Of a DNA stretch of 64,000 nt, positions 11,501 through 24,370 are shown in pieces. This DNA comes from Balanoglossus misakiensis (lineage: Eukaryota > Animalia > Hemichordata): NCBI GenBank assembly GCA_040954595.2, contig CM082591.2:3705957-3769956 (forward strand). The letters are read 5' to 3'. Position 1 is the stretch's first letter. Each line of letters begins with the position of its first letter. A program made the translations under genes and the position numbers. The notes below the pieces were generated by a model, which saw only the letters and a program-made list of their open reading frames with translations, was not told where the DNA came from and ran no database searches.

Positions 11501-13154
11501 AGAAGAAATGTTGATTTTTTGCACTTGGTGTGTGTAGTTAGATGCTAGAAGGTAGCATGACTACTTAACAAGGTAAATACATTTGATTTCTTCCAATTTA
11601 TACAGACAAGTTGTCGATTCCACGCCATCTCCTTCCGTATTCTGTCATAACGACCTGAACGAAGGTTAGTTTTATCAGTGTATATAACTTCTTGTCTGTA
11701 TCGAACCTAAATCACATGAGAAGAATCTCTTACTTTGACTTGTAAAGGGTAACTTTTATGTTTTTTCGTGATTTAAAAAAACACTCCATGTACATTTTAA
11801 TGATACTTATTTTCTGAGTATCATGATCATGATGTATTTGTCCACAGTGGACTTCCGTAGGAATAGAAGTGAGTGACGGAGATACAGTGATATAAAGAAT
11901 CTGACTCTTTTTCTTCGCAATTTATTGCAGGGAATATATTATTAGTAGATGGTGAGACTAAAGGCAATAATATTATGTTTATCGATTTTGAATATGCAAG
12001 TTACAATTACAGGTGAGTTTGTACGATTCATGTGAGAGATGTACAATCAACATAAACAGTCCAAGAAAATGTATTGACTGGTACAAATGCTAAAACTGAT
12101 GCCATGATAACTGTCAAGTCATGTGTCTAAAACAATTCAAAATGTCTAAGTGTATAGGGCGTGGGGATTTAAAATGTCATACATGTCTTCTAACCATACA
12201 GTTCAAGACAATCATCACCACATTTGCTCATAACCCCTATCTTCTCCCCATCCAGAGCCTTTGACATAGCCAATCATTTCTGCGAGTGGACATTCGATTA
12301 CACCCTTCAATCAGAACCGTACTACACATATGACCCTCGAAAGTACCCATCGATTGCTGAGCAGTTGGTTTTCATCCGGGAATACCTGAGGAACTACAGT
12401 GACGAGTATGAAATGGCACCAGAGGTTGTCAAGGTCTCTCTTGAATCCGGCTTGCTGACTGAAGTCAAAAGGTATAAAGACACACGAGTTTAGGACTGAA
12501 ACAATTACTCTGACGCGTGTAATTCCTCTCTCAAATGGTTTGTGGTATTCTGAGGGATTTTGTGATGCAAGAAAATTGACTGATGCTTTCTGCTTGCTTC
12601 TGTTGCAGGTTTGCATTAACTTCTCACATTTTCTGGGCGTTGAGGTCAATTATACATGGAAAAAGATCCTGTCATAAATTTGGATACTTGGTAAGTTAGT
12701 TTGTTATGATCGTTTAAATCTAGGTCATGATCATAAGACTTGTCATTATACTCTTTATACTTTACACGTTACCTCTGTGACTTTATACATTTCTTCTCGC
12801 TAAAATACAAACCATAAAGGTAGTTGAATTTAATTTCTGTTCACATTTTTATTAACAGTATTAGTATTGTTGTTGTTGTTCGTCCATATAAAGTCATCAC
12901 AAACACTTGGATTCTTTGTACATTTGCACCACCCCATTACATAATAGATTCTTTGCATCTCAGACTATATTTGATTATTGTCTTCAATGTAGGACTATGC
13001 ATTGACAAGGATGAACGCCTACAAGATGTTGAAACAAGAGCTGGTGGCGGCCACGAGCTGTTGTGACTTGGGCAAGATGACCTTTCAGACACATTCAGGA
13101 GCAAATTCTGATCTGAGAAGTGGTCACACAGGACATGCACACTGTTTACATTAG
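8586..13154 (+). CDS. CHKA: Choline/ethanolamine kinase family protein (divergent CHKA/CHKB-like)
   Basis: Nine exons: 8586-8698 (KAYALCRQYLKGAW..EDEF), 9965-10190 (GISNYLF..ERKIAPKVYG..GRIEEYIP), 10880-11013, 11290-11397, 11606-11664 (FCHNDLNEG, Brenner motif), 11931-12012 (NIL..IDFEYASYNYR), 12256-12471 (AFDIANHFCEW), 12609-12690, 12993-13154 (TAG). AATAAA at 13467. The symbol denotes family membership, not strict orthology. Confidence 0.9.
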
Positions 13155-13942
13155 CGCGTTACCAGTACATTATAGTGAAACTGATGATGTACACGTGCAA
13201 CTAACATGTACATCATGGTAATCATGCTGGTTCATGGTTTACCTATTAGAATTTTTATATTGGATTTTAGAATCGGGGTTTTAACTAAGATCTTAAGAAA
13301 TCTAGCATAATTTAAAGTTGAATGAACCTGTCCACTCATTTCATTTACAACATTGATTACTGCTTCTACTTTACACTGCTTCAACGCACACTCTAAACCT
13401 AGTGGAATATACCCACCACAAAGAGGTTTTCTACAAATGAGAATTTGTATTTAATGTTTATTTCTGAATAAAATGAACTAAATGAAGTACATTGAGTCTT
13501 ATTTATATATCAAAAAGTGTATAACATGGAATTCACAAAATGCCTGGAAACACTGGTGCCTTTCCAAGCCCGACGATTTGCTTGCAGAGTTGTTGAGTAC
13601 CTGATCGCATGTGAGAACAAGTAACCTCTTATAATACCTAAAACATTAAGACGTTTTCGCTAAAGTGGTACTCAAGTTATCTATTGATGGAAAGACAGTT
13701 CTGTTTACACCATATATTAAAAAGTAATTTGGAATGCAATAATTACGTAACCGTTTCTTACGAGAGTTCTGTAGTATTTTGGTGAACATATGATAGCTGT
13801 CTTAAAAAAGTTTGGATAAAATGAACGGTTCTGTGTATTGAGTATTCAAAATGTTCTATACATATAAAATGCGTTGGCATTGGTGAGAATTTTTATCGCA
13901 TATGAAAACTTCGATAAAATTAATAGCAAGTGAATAATTTGT

Positions 13943-16900
13943 TCACTTGTGTTTTTTGAGGACTGAATAAGTTGTTTCCAATGCAGTCCTTTTATCTAAT
14001 GATTCGTACACGGAATTGCCCGTAATTCCTTCCTGATTACTTTTTTCAACAAATTCTGTGTTGTCGGGTATCGATTCATACGCTATATTCTCGGCCAAAC
14101 TTTCATTAACATGATCAGTAACATCGTCGTTATCACCATTTGCACGTGAAATGTGGTCGGCCGATTCGTAGGCAATGTTTTTAACCATGCCATGGTCACT
14201 ACTACATTTTGCCACGTCATCGATTTCTGTGTAGACGCCATCATTGTCTTCGCTAGGTCCTGGATTACTCGGCTCGTACGCAATGTTGTCGACAGTTCCG
14301 TATTCTTTCCTTATCCCCTTAAGCCCTGTGTTGGATCCGTCAATATGACGCACTGTTTCACCTGTGTCTGCTTCTACGCGACGACTTTCCAGCTGTCTTG
14401 CGGAAATCGGTTGGCCAGATAAGGGATCTAGTCTTCCGTTATCAACAGTAGTTGTTTTATCTCTAGGAAATTCACCGACCTCGTAAACGTCGCCGCTGCT
14501 TTGACCCGAAGTTCTTGAATTCTTTTTTGGTGCGGATCTCCTACATACAGAAATGTCACAAAGACATCTTGAATTTTCATTCAGAATGCAAATTCATCAA
14601 TTTCATGAACATTATCATCTTGTCCTTCGTATTTACCGAGTACTATTATTCATAGCGTTTCAATTGACGGAAACCCTTATGTTTTTCTTCACCCAAATGC
14701 ATGTTTGATGTAAAAAGCATGCATTCTAGTCAAACTGTCAGATTTACATCAGGTATTAATGCGTTAAGCAATAACTGATGAAACGCACCTTCTGAATATG
14801 AAAATTGTAAATAACACCACGCCCAGGATCAATACCACAACTGCAGCCACCGTACCTGCTAGCGCACCTAAAGGAAATATTTGCAATCGGAAACATAAAT
14901 GCAATTATCCCGTCAACATCATAGTTGGCTAAAAAAATATATACATATACCAAATGCAATCTAAAAAGAATTCTTATAAAACTACCCTATTTCTAAAAGA
15001 CGTGTTACAAGAAACACAAACTGTTTTGGCTTATTTGGTAGTAACAAAACATTAGTAAGAGCGATCAAAGCGTTTCAAATACAGTTTCCATTATATTTTA
15101 ACCAAAACAGAGATGGCAGAGGCAAGATTGTCGTCCTGTACACTGTGCCAACAGTCAAACACACTGATTCATGGTTTATCAGACTTTTATGTGTGTAAAT
15201 GAAAATGAAGAATTCGTATACCCGTTCCCCTTGGAACCTGTTCTCGCCGTTTCTGTTCCTGGTATCACTGGTATAGATGGAACTACAGAAGGAGAAATTG
15301 TGTCGGCTTTGCATCTTAAAGGAGGTGCATGTGAATTTTGACAGAGTGGGAACGCCTTACTAGTAAAAAAGGGTGAAAACTTTTCCATCTTGGGTTATAG
15401 GTCAGTGTATTCGCTGTTATTGTAAGTTTAACTCACCTGTTGTAAAAGCAGTGCGGGGTTCCGTTTGCACTGTCGACGTTTCACCTGCTGTGGGAAACAT
15501 ATTATGCCAAAAATATTTTAATTTTGAAATACTACAAAATCACATCATATCCACCGCTGTGTTACGATTATATAAACACTATCATAGTCATGAACCGACG
15601 TGTACTATCATTCTTAGTAATAACATATGTAGACATCGATTTTCGTAACCAACCTACAAATTTGGGTCAAATGTAATGTCCTATTTTGGTGCTTATGATT
15701 CAATTATCTAACTGAAAGCAACAACCAATATGTCGAATGAATAGTATACATCATGCTAACTTTCCAATATGATTTTGTTCTCTGCGAGTGCAACGTACCT
15801 TGAGTCTTGATGTTATTATATTTGATGAGGTATGGTATACTGTTCTTAAAAATGCTATTGGTGACATGCTAAATATTCTGCACTTACGAATTAGTCTGCA
15901 TATAGGTTTCTCCGTCCACTGTCCATTTTCATCGCAAATGATTTCATCGTTTCCATCACTGAAGTGATAACCATCATGGCAGATGTACCTTACTGTACTA
16001 TTGTAAGTGTAATCATTGTCTTCTTTGTTTCTGTCCGCGTTGTCAACATCACCAGGCTCTCCACAATTTCTAACTGGATAAAAATTTCTATACATATTGA
16101 TATACATATATGACTAATTACAATTTTTCATTAATTGGTTCATCTCTCATGATGTCATATCCATTAGCCTGAATTTCATGCCAATGTTGTCTGGTTTTTG
16201 ATCGAATCAGGTATTTCAATATCCGGAAGAGACATTTAGTTATAAACAATTTATCTGAGTTTATCATACACCAAACACCCTCCTGGAATTTTAGCATAAG
16301 TAAAGTAGATGTAAAGTCACGCCAAGTTTGGTATATAGATTCAAGACCAGTTGCCATAAATTAAAATGTGTGTTTATGCAAACCATACTTCATGATGCTG
16401 CCCACACCCTCTGGAAAGTAACCACAAATCATTTTCTCAAGACTGTAAATGTTTTTGTGGGAGTAAGGCAATATACACTTATAACCATAACATCAGGTGA
16501 ATATATGAGTCCATACAAAATCTGCCAAAATGGTTTGATATATAACACATACTTTCGCATAGCGGTAGCGTGTCGTTCCAGTTTCCATCTTTTTGACATT
16601 CTATACTGCGATGAGAACTTATCAACTTGTGACCTGGCTTACAAGTGATCGTGATAACATCTCCGTGGAAGTATGGGCACGAACCATCATGGTAGAATCG
16701 CTGATCGGTGAGATTTGAGGGGGTTTTGCAGTGTGGGTGAAGTTCTTATGTCAAAAATATACAACAAAATATGATAAGAATTTAAATGTCACAAATGAGT
16801 TGCAGCAAACCGTGTGTTTACTGTGAAAACAACGATCGGTCATTTCTTTTGGGTTTTGTTCACGATTTTTGCCCACATTTTAAGAAAATCATGAAATATA

Positions 16901-19900
16901 ATTTTATTTACCTCTTACTTCGATAGCGAACATTACTTTATTCATATCACTCCGCGATTTGGATGTAAAGGTGAGATTTACTTCATTCGAACACGAGTAT
17001 GCAGTTGAATTGACAATGTCAACACTTCGCTGTTCTGCATATAGAGTTTCATAAATGTCCAGACTGTCGTGTTCACCAACTACGTCATATACGACGAACT
17101 GAAGTTTTAATGTTTTGCCTGGGGATACATGTATGGTCCATAAACAAGTTTGGTCTACTGGATAATAGCCCGGGAATCCCGGCGAGAAGATGATTCCATT
17201 TCCGCTAACTTGACCTCCACACGCATCCATAGACACTAGGGTAGAAAATAAATTTGTAAACTGTAGTTGATACATGGTACGGAATCCTTTGAAAATGGCA
17301 AAAAGTAATAACTATTGTGCGTTAAATACAGAGTGATTATACAACAATTGATGTCCGCATCATCTGTTGAATCGGAATCAAAGTCGATTCTTGTTCGTAG
17401 CCCGCGGATCCCGAATGTTGTTTTCCACTTATTACAAGATAATAGTAGTAACTTACAGTTGCACTTCGCTGTAGCGCTATTAGTTTCACTGGAAGTATTA
17501 CTAATACGGAAGGAACATTCGGCTAGGGAATTAGCGTGTATGTTGCAGTTGATATTATCAACACGTGGTCTTGTGTCTCCTTTAAGTGCATCGGGATGAG
17601 ACCCATGCCGCATTGCACCAGGTAATCCTACGATTATTAAATGGCATAGCAAATCAAAACAAAACAGAAAAAATCTCGTTTAATATATCGGTTAGATATT
17701 TTGTTAATTCAATGAGACAATTTTAAATAATCGCCTCGTCGCATTATTGAGGACTCTGAGTTAATTTCTGTCCATTCATGTTTGCTTTCACTTTCAAAAA
17801 CTTTACTATAAGAAGATTAAAAAGTCCAATTGGTTCTCGATATCATGTAATGTCGCCGCCGGAATCTTATGAACTGTGCTGTAATGAATCCATATTGACC
17901 AGGCGTACGCACGATAAATTGGTTATTGGTACCGTACACGCATTTGTCTATTTCAAAACAAGCTCTATGAATAACGTTGCTAAGGCTTCCTTGCAAAAAG
18001 GTTACATATTTTTTTCCAAATTAAATATTAAACAAGAATAATGAAGTATAAATCCTACCTTACCTAATTCATTGCAAACAAGTTCTGCGTCACCATAACT
18101 CCAGCCCCCTTCATACAAAACTGGCAGCCATTTGTTATTATTCTTGCTGAAAATTTCAACAAGCCCTTCATATGGCGTTGCTCCATTGGTCAGTTTGACG
18201 TTCGTTGATTCTGAATAAAACAACAAATATGTTATGTTAATCTGCTGCAAATGTTAGCCGAAACTATTTTCCCCATCATAATGCAAGACTTGCAAGACAA
18301 CACTGTGTTTGGATATTAGGAATGTTTTGGCACATAAAAGCGAAACGAAACAAAGCCTCATTGGTTTGGTGTCAATTCTTGCTATTACCCAAGTTCTCGG
18401 TCTCGTATTGTTAATCTGTCAGTTTTTTTTAGAAATGCTTACTGACTGTTTTTAAGTAGTACATGTATACAGTGTATACTTTCTGAGATTTACAAATTCA
18501 TGGGTTCAGCACCGAAACTTCCTTTAACCTACACGTCACCAAAAACAACTTACGTGTTTGGCTGTCACGAACACCACAATCAGCACAGTCAGACCCATAT
18601 TCACAGAGGCTGTAGTCTGACCCAGGTCCTCCATCATCACAATCATTGTCTTTAGGATATTGGCATGTATTTGCGCATAGCCCTTAAAGATTTACAAAAT
18701 TGTAGACATGAACGAGTTCAATTACAGAACATTTCACAAATGAATAATGGATGACACTCACAATTAAGGGTGCCAATGCGCGGTATGCTCTTCAGTACGT
18801 CCAGACAGGTATTTCCTTCTACAGTCTTAGAATCTACAAACTACAGGCTTTGCTCTGATGATGGTCGAGCCAATTTCTGATTTAAAAAAATCAAAGCATA
18901 GACAGTAGACTGTCTATTGTCAAAGCTAACTAAAACGATGACATATCTTAGCCAGATTCCTCTAGTTTGTGAAGTAGCTCGATGCAATTCCATACAGTTC
19001 GCGAGTTCAAACTTACCAAAAATACCTGGAGGACGGATACGCACGCCGCAATCCGCACAGTCAGTGCCATAATCACAGAAACCGTAGTCTGCTCCAGGTC
19101 CGCCATCTTCACATTCACCGTTGTTATGATGTACACAAGTATTTTCGCAAAACCCTTCAACAAGAGAAAAGGAATGACAACGCATCAAGCATTTACTTTT
19201 TATTTAATTGCGATACCCATGTAACTCATTCGTAATCACAGAAACTCATGTTATTGAACATACAATAATATAGCATTACTAAATGAAAAATAACTTAACT
19301 TACATGTTGTTGTTGGACTCTTACGGTATCCACAATCAGCACAGTCAGATCCATAGTCACATACGCTGTAGTCTGCCCCAGGTCCCCCATCATCACAGTC
19401 ACCATCGTTACTGTGCTTGCATGTATTTCCACATATGTCTAAAATAAATTAGGCTTACATGTAAATATCCGATTAATAGTCAAAATCTTATGCCCTAAAA
19501 GCTTTTTTTTTCATGAGAATGTCAGATCGAACACGCATGAATATATCGTAGGCTATAGTGCAAAGATGCGCCTCCTTGCGCGTTCAACATGATGTTGTCA
19601 GCCTATTGCCATCCGCTCATTATTTTGACTCTTGCACATTCAAATTTAGCGGAGTTATCCATCATGTGGTAAAAATGCGATGACGCCACAAAATCGTAAT
19701 GTAATATTTTCTTACAATACACTTCCGAAGTAAGAAATTCGAAATACAAAATGCCCTTGATATTACAAAGTGTTTAGACTATGTTAACACAATTTACATG
19801 TTTCCGTTGTCCGAAGTTGAGAAGAAAATTTCTGAAATATCACCACCAGTATGTCGTTGAGAAAACTTACGTGTATAGTTGTCACGGACACCACAATCAG

Positions 19901-22269
19901 CACAGTCAGTTCCAAAATCACAGTAAATTATTCCTGATCCGCGTCCTCCATCATCACAGTCACCGTCGTTGGCATAACGACATGTATTTTCGCAGATCCC
20001 TTGAGAACAAGAAAGTTGCGTCATGTAACGATGTCTATTGACGAACTTTCAACATACAGCATTTGAATGGTACTATTCACGTGCACTGTGTTCCCATTTG
20101 TAGAGCGCCAAGGCCAGAAAATAACTGCATGCAAACTACCCCCGTAGCCCTTTATTACTTGTTAGTAGAATTTTGCCAATAGAGCACTCTTACTTATAAC
20201 GACAACTTAATTAAAGCACTGCTGTATGCAGTCGCTGTACATAGATTATGTCTCTCGGGACCTCTTGCAGGTACTGAACAGTGACAGTGACATACATGTC
20301 GTGAAATATATGTGGTTTTCTAGCTTACATGTTATTTGATTCTCACGGAATCCACAATCAGTACAGTCAGATCCATAGTCACAGAGGCTGTAGTTTGCTG
20401 TAGGTCCCCCATCATCACAGTCACCATCGTTACTATATGGGCATGTATTTCCGCATATATTCTCTGGAATTAAATACATGTAAACATCAGAATAATCTAT
20501 AAAAGATCACGCCCTTCTTTATCACGAGAATGCCTTTTTCAGAACGCATGCCACCCTAATAATGGTGAAAAAACACATAAGTATTTTCTAATTGCAAATC
20601 TCACACAAGTACCTTGGGGACGGACACGCACGCCACAATCCGCACAGTCAGTGCCATAATCACAGAAACCGTAGTCTGCTCCAGGTTCGCCATCATCACA
20701 TTCACCGTTGAAATGATATATACAAGTATTTTCGCAAAACCCTTCACCAAGAGAGAAAGAAACTCATTCACGTCAAAACATACAATAAGGCTTTTAACTG
20801 AAAAATGTTATCTTTTCAAAGATAACATTTTTCAGTTAATTTGTATTGACTTGCTTTTTGGTATTAGTTAGGAATTTTAGATCAGAAGTATTTTGAATAT
20901 CCTCGGTTGATGTGTAACTTCTTAACTTTAAATACTTAAAAAATACTCAAAAAATATTCAAAGGAAAAAAGCCAAAATTGCATATAAACTATACATTATC
21001 AAGTATTTACTTTTCATTCGATAGCAATATCCAGTTACTTTTTTGCAATTAAAACAAACTTCATATGAGGCCTATAATATTGAACAGAAGACGACATAAT
21101 ATTACCTATTGTAACAAACTTACATGTTGGTGTTGGAATCTCACGGTCTCCACAATCATCACAGTCAGACCCATAGTCACAGAGACTGTTCTTTGCCATT
21201 GGGCCTCCGTCATCACAGTCGTTACTAAAGCTGCATGTATTTACGCATATCTCTTCTATAATAAATTCACAAACATCAGAATAATCTCAAAAAGATCCGT
21301 TTACTTTATCATTTGAATGCTGTTTTGAGACCCCGCGAAATGTATCGTATAGACGCTACGGCTATGATGCGACTTCTTACCTGTGCCTGTCGCGATACAC
21401 AAAAAGCAGGTTACTTGTATGGCTAGGAATGTCAACAGAAACATTCTTTTCGATTCATTTCTGCTTGCATACTTCGACAGACTTTTCGGATACATGTCAC
21501 AGTGGTCAAACCTACTGATACTTCCCGGTTCAGAGGTCAAATATTAAAAAACAGGGGTAGACTCCCGACGCCTTGATATTTACATATCAATGGTAACTTT
21601 CGTTTGCCACATGTGCAGATGTGCCACTGTCCCATTGACCAATTCGAGAGGTTGTCAATTTAATTTCAGCACGTGCACATGCAGTTGTAGAGTTCAGAAA
21701 AAACATGTGTCGCAGTAAGACTTGCAACAATTTGTGAGTGGCAGCTATTTATACGGTCACTCTGTTTCTTATCAGCTAAACTGAAGAAAACAAAATCGAT
21801 TGTGGTACATTGCTCCTGTGCAACTAGGTCAGTTTTCATTGTATACTATATGCCGGTTATCTGACTGTACACGCAGTTGCCAAATAAGTCACATAAGTGT
21901 TTACTCTCAGACCAGTGAAGTGTTTATTCAGTAGCCATGTTTTACAGCGAGTGAACATTGTTTTCTCTTTACACATAAACAAAAGGCAGGTCCAGTCTAC
22001 CACAAGCAGACCTTGCTAATTTTCACTTCCGTGACATAATGTTGCTATAAGTGACAACTTCTTGTAATATGATCATAACTTTGCGCATATGTCCGGTCTC
22101 TGCTGTTCTGAACTGTAGCCAACGACAGCTATAAATTATAGACATTCACAAGTACTAGCACAACATTTTCGAAGGCTTTTAATTGTCCCTTACCTGTGGT
22201 TACCGTCACAACATTCAACACAGCAAAAAGAAGAATGGCGCACGTAGCCTTTAAGAATTGGCAACGCAT
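13943..22269 (-). CDS. Receptor 2: type-I membrane protein, signal peptide-7x CDDGG repeat-SRCR-CUB-CCP-CCP-stalk-TM-long Tyr-motif tail; paralog of receptor 1
   Basis: Signal exon 22269-22194 (MRCQFLKATCAILLFAVLNVVTVTT); alternative signal exon 21444(or 21495)-21381. CDDGG exons 21255-21124, 20741-20613, 20463-20329, 19999-19871, 19438-19304, 19154-19026, 18682-18554. SRCR 18210-18064 and 17627-17457. CUB 17235-16912. CCP 16744-16553 and 16073-15888. Stalk 15487-15437, plus an uncertain exon near 15307-15222. TM 14867-14789 (GALAGTVAAVVVLILGVVLFTIFIFRR). Tail 14540-13943. Confidence 0.85.
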
Positions 22270-24370
22270 CTCAGAAGCAAGACCAGATTTTCGACCAAGA
22301 CGCCTTGCAGCCACTCATAGGCGTATCATAGGGCGTCAAGCGTGTCCCAACTTCCTCCCTTTAAATTATGCACGAACTGCTGTTAAAAATACCGTGACAC
22401 TTCCTCTTAAATAACCGGACGATATTGAACAGTAACGTTCTCATGGTTCGGCGCCCGCGGTGTCGTTGATGTTTGCTTTCTCTATCTTGTACAGGGTTCA
22501 CGATATACATGTAGGACAAAGCGCCTCCTACCGACTTAAATTAGCTACTTTTGTTTTCGACAATATTTGCAAACTAAAACCATTATTTGGTTACCTGTGT
22601 TGCCGTCGTGTAAAAAAAAATAAAGCTATAAACTGATGAAATTAAAAGTGGGCCAACTTGACGTTTGCAATCGTTGGCATTCATACGTCACAGCGTCTTC
22701 AACAGAGGAAAAAAGGTTTAAGAACGAAATAATACGTCTATTCACTGTATTCCAAACTTTCACCTTGTCATTGATATGCAAATTTCAGCCTATTGATATT
22801 CAAATTTTATCGTCAATGCTACGGGCGGGGTCACTGGACGGGTATCAATGAAATCATCCACTGTCGTTTTTTAAACACAGCGGAACACAAACACTGTGAT
22901 CGTCAGCTGGCCACGTAACCATCTCGTGTGCCCGTCGATGTAAAGTGTGCCGGATTTCAGCCAAATTTTACAGGTGAGTCTTTCGAGGGAAAAGCCTACG
23001 TACCCACAGTACAGTTCGGAGAGAAAATAGTGACGTAGCGCCGTGCGTAATTCAGGAAGCTGTTCCCCCAGTCTGTAATAGACTGGCCGCGAACAGGTGT
23101 CTGTAAATTCCACGACTCGACTAAGACGCGTTTAATAAGGCATTTTGCCTGTTTTGAAATACCTTCCATTGGAATGATGCTTAATTGAGACTAATATATG
23201 ACAGAGAGTATTCATATGTACAGTGTACAAAAGTTAATCGTCCCACACTGCATCCGGATAACATGCATGTCGCCCCAGACGTAATATGGCGTCGCTCTGT
23301 GTACAACACAACATAAGCCCACGAACACAACAAACCGACAATGCATCACATCACACTGAAACACCGGTTCTGGCAGCGTTGTGACAATTCCTTTTGTTTT
23401 CTGTGTGGTATAAAAAAGCCATTCTGTTTTGATTTGATTCCTGAATCAATCATGCAAATTTAACGATATACACTTTATAAGTGTACAGACAAAACCCTGG
23501 ACTGTCGCTGAATGAAGTCTGTGGCCGGGCGAGTCAATGCAATGTCAGCTTGTATCACAGACACGCTTTACATGTATTTGCTATGGGTGTTGTATTGTTT
23601 GAAAGCGGGTTATCGGCAAACACTTTCATGTCGACAATACGTAAGATTGCAAATCAAAGTCCCAAAGACAAACGATATAAATATCACCCTGGTTGACATC
23701 AACAACATGTACTGTGATAAGACAGTCATTCAAGTTGGAATTACTTTTACCAACGCTTTCTCGGTTTCAGATGTGAAGATGTCGACAATACGGAATAAGA
23801 TTAAAAAGCGACGGAGCCGTAATATCAAGGCACTCTGCGTCGCTCTGAATGTCATATTGTCGGTAGGTAACAACAATACACCCATTTGCGAATCTCCAAG
23901 ACGAGTTATGTTTACCTGTACACTGGACGTGTGATATTTGAATGTGATAATCTCCTTGAGATTTAACAATGTGAGAAAGAGATTTCACTTCGCATTCAAC
24001 AACAAAGAAAACATAGGTGCGAGTCTACAAAGGCAAAAAATATTGACCTTGCGCACTCAATACCGACATTTCAAAAAAAGTAATAACAGAAATATTTTCT
24101 CATCGGCAAAGGTCCTAAAGACACAAGGTGACTGAATAATTGTTTATTGAGACAGTGGAGAATGAAGCGTTTGTATCATTTTAAAATTGGATGCTTGTAC
24201 GCTGAGACAGGCAAAAGAATACAGATTACATGAGCAGGTAGACTGACTAATACTGTCAAACAGTCAGATAGACAGAAAGAAATACTATGGTAGAGACACT
24301 GACAGACAATCAGACTAAACCACAGAACTATAGAAATCCCTCAATGCTGTATCTGCCCTTAACCCGACAG

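Noticed and set aside
23512-23934. 140-aa ORF upstream of the divergent tetraspanin as an independent gene
   Set aside because: It has no recognisable motifs. Only its first 25 codons might be tetraspanin exon 1, and the donor there is weak, so it was not called.
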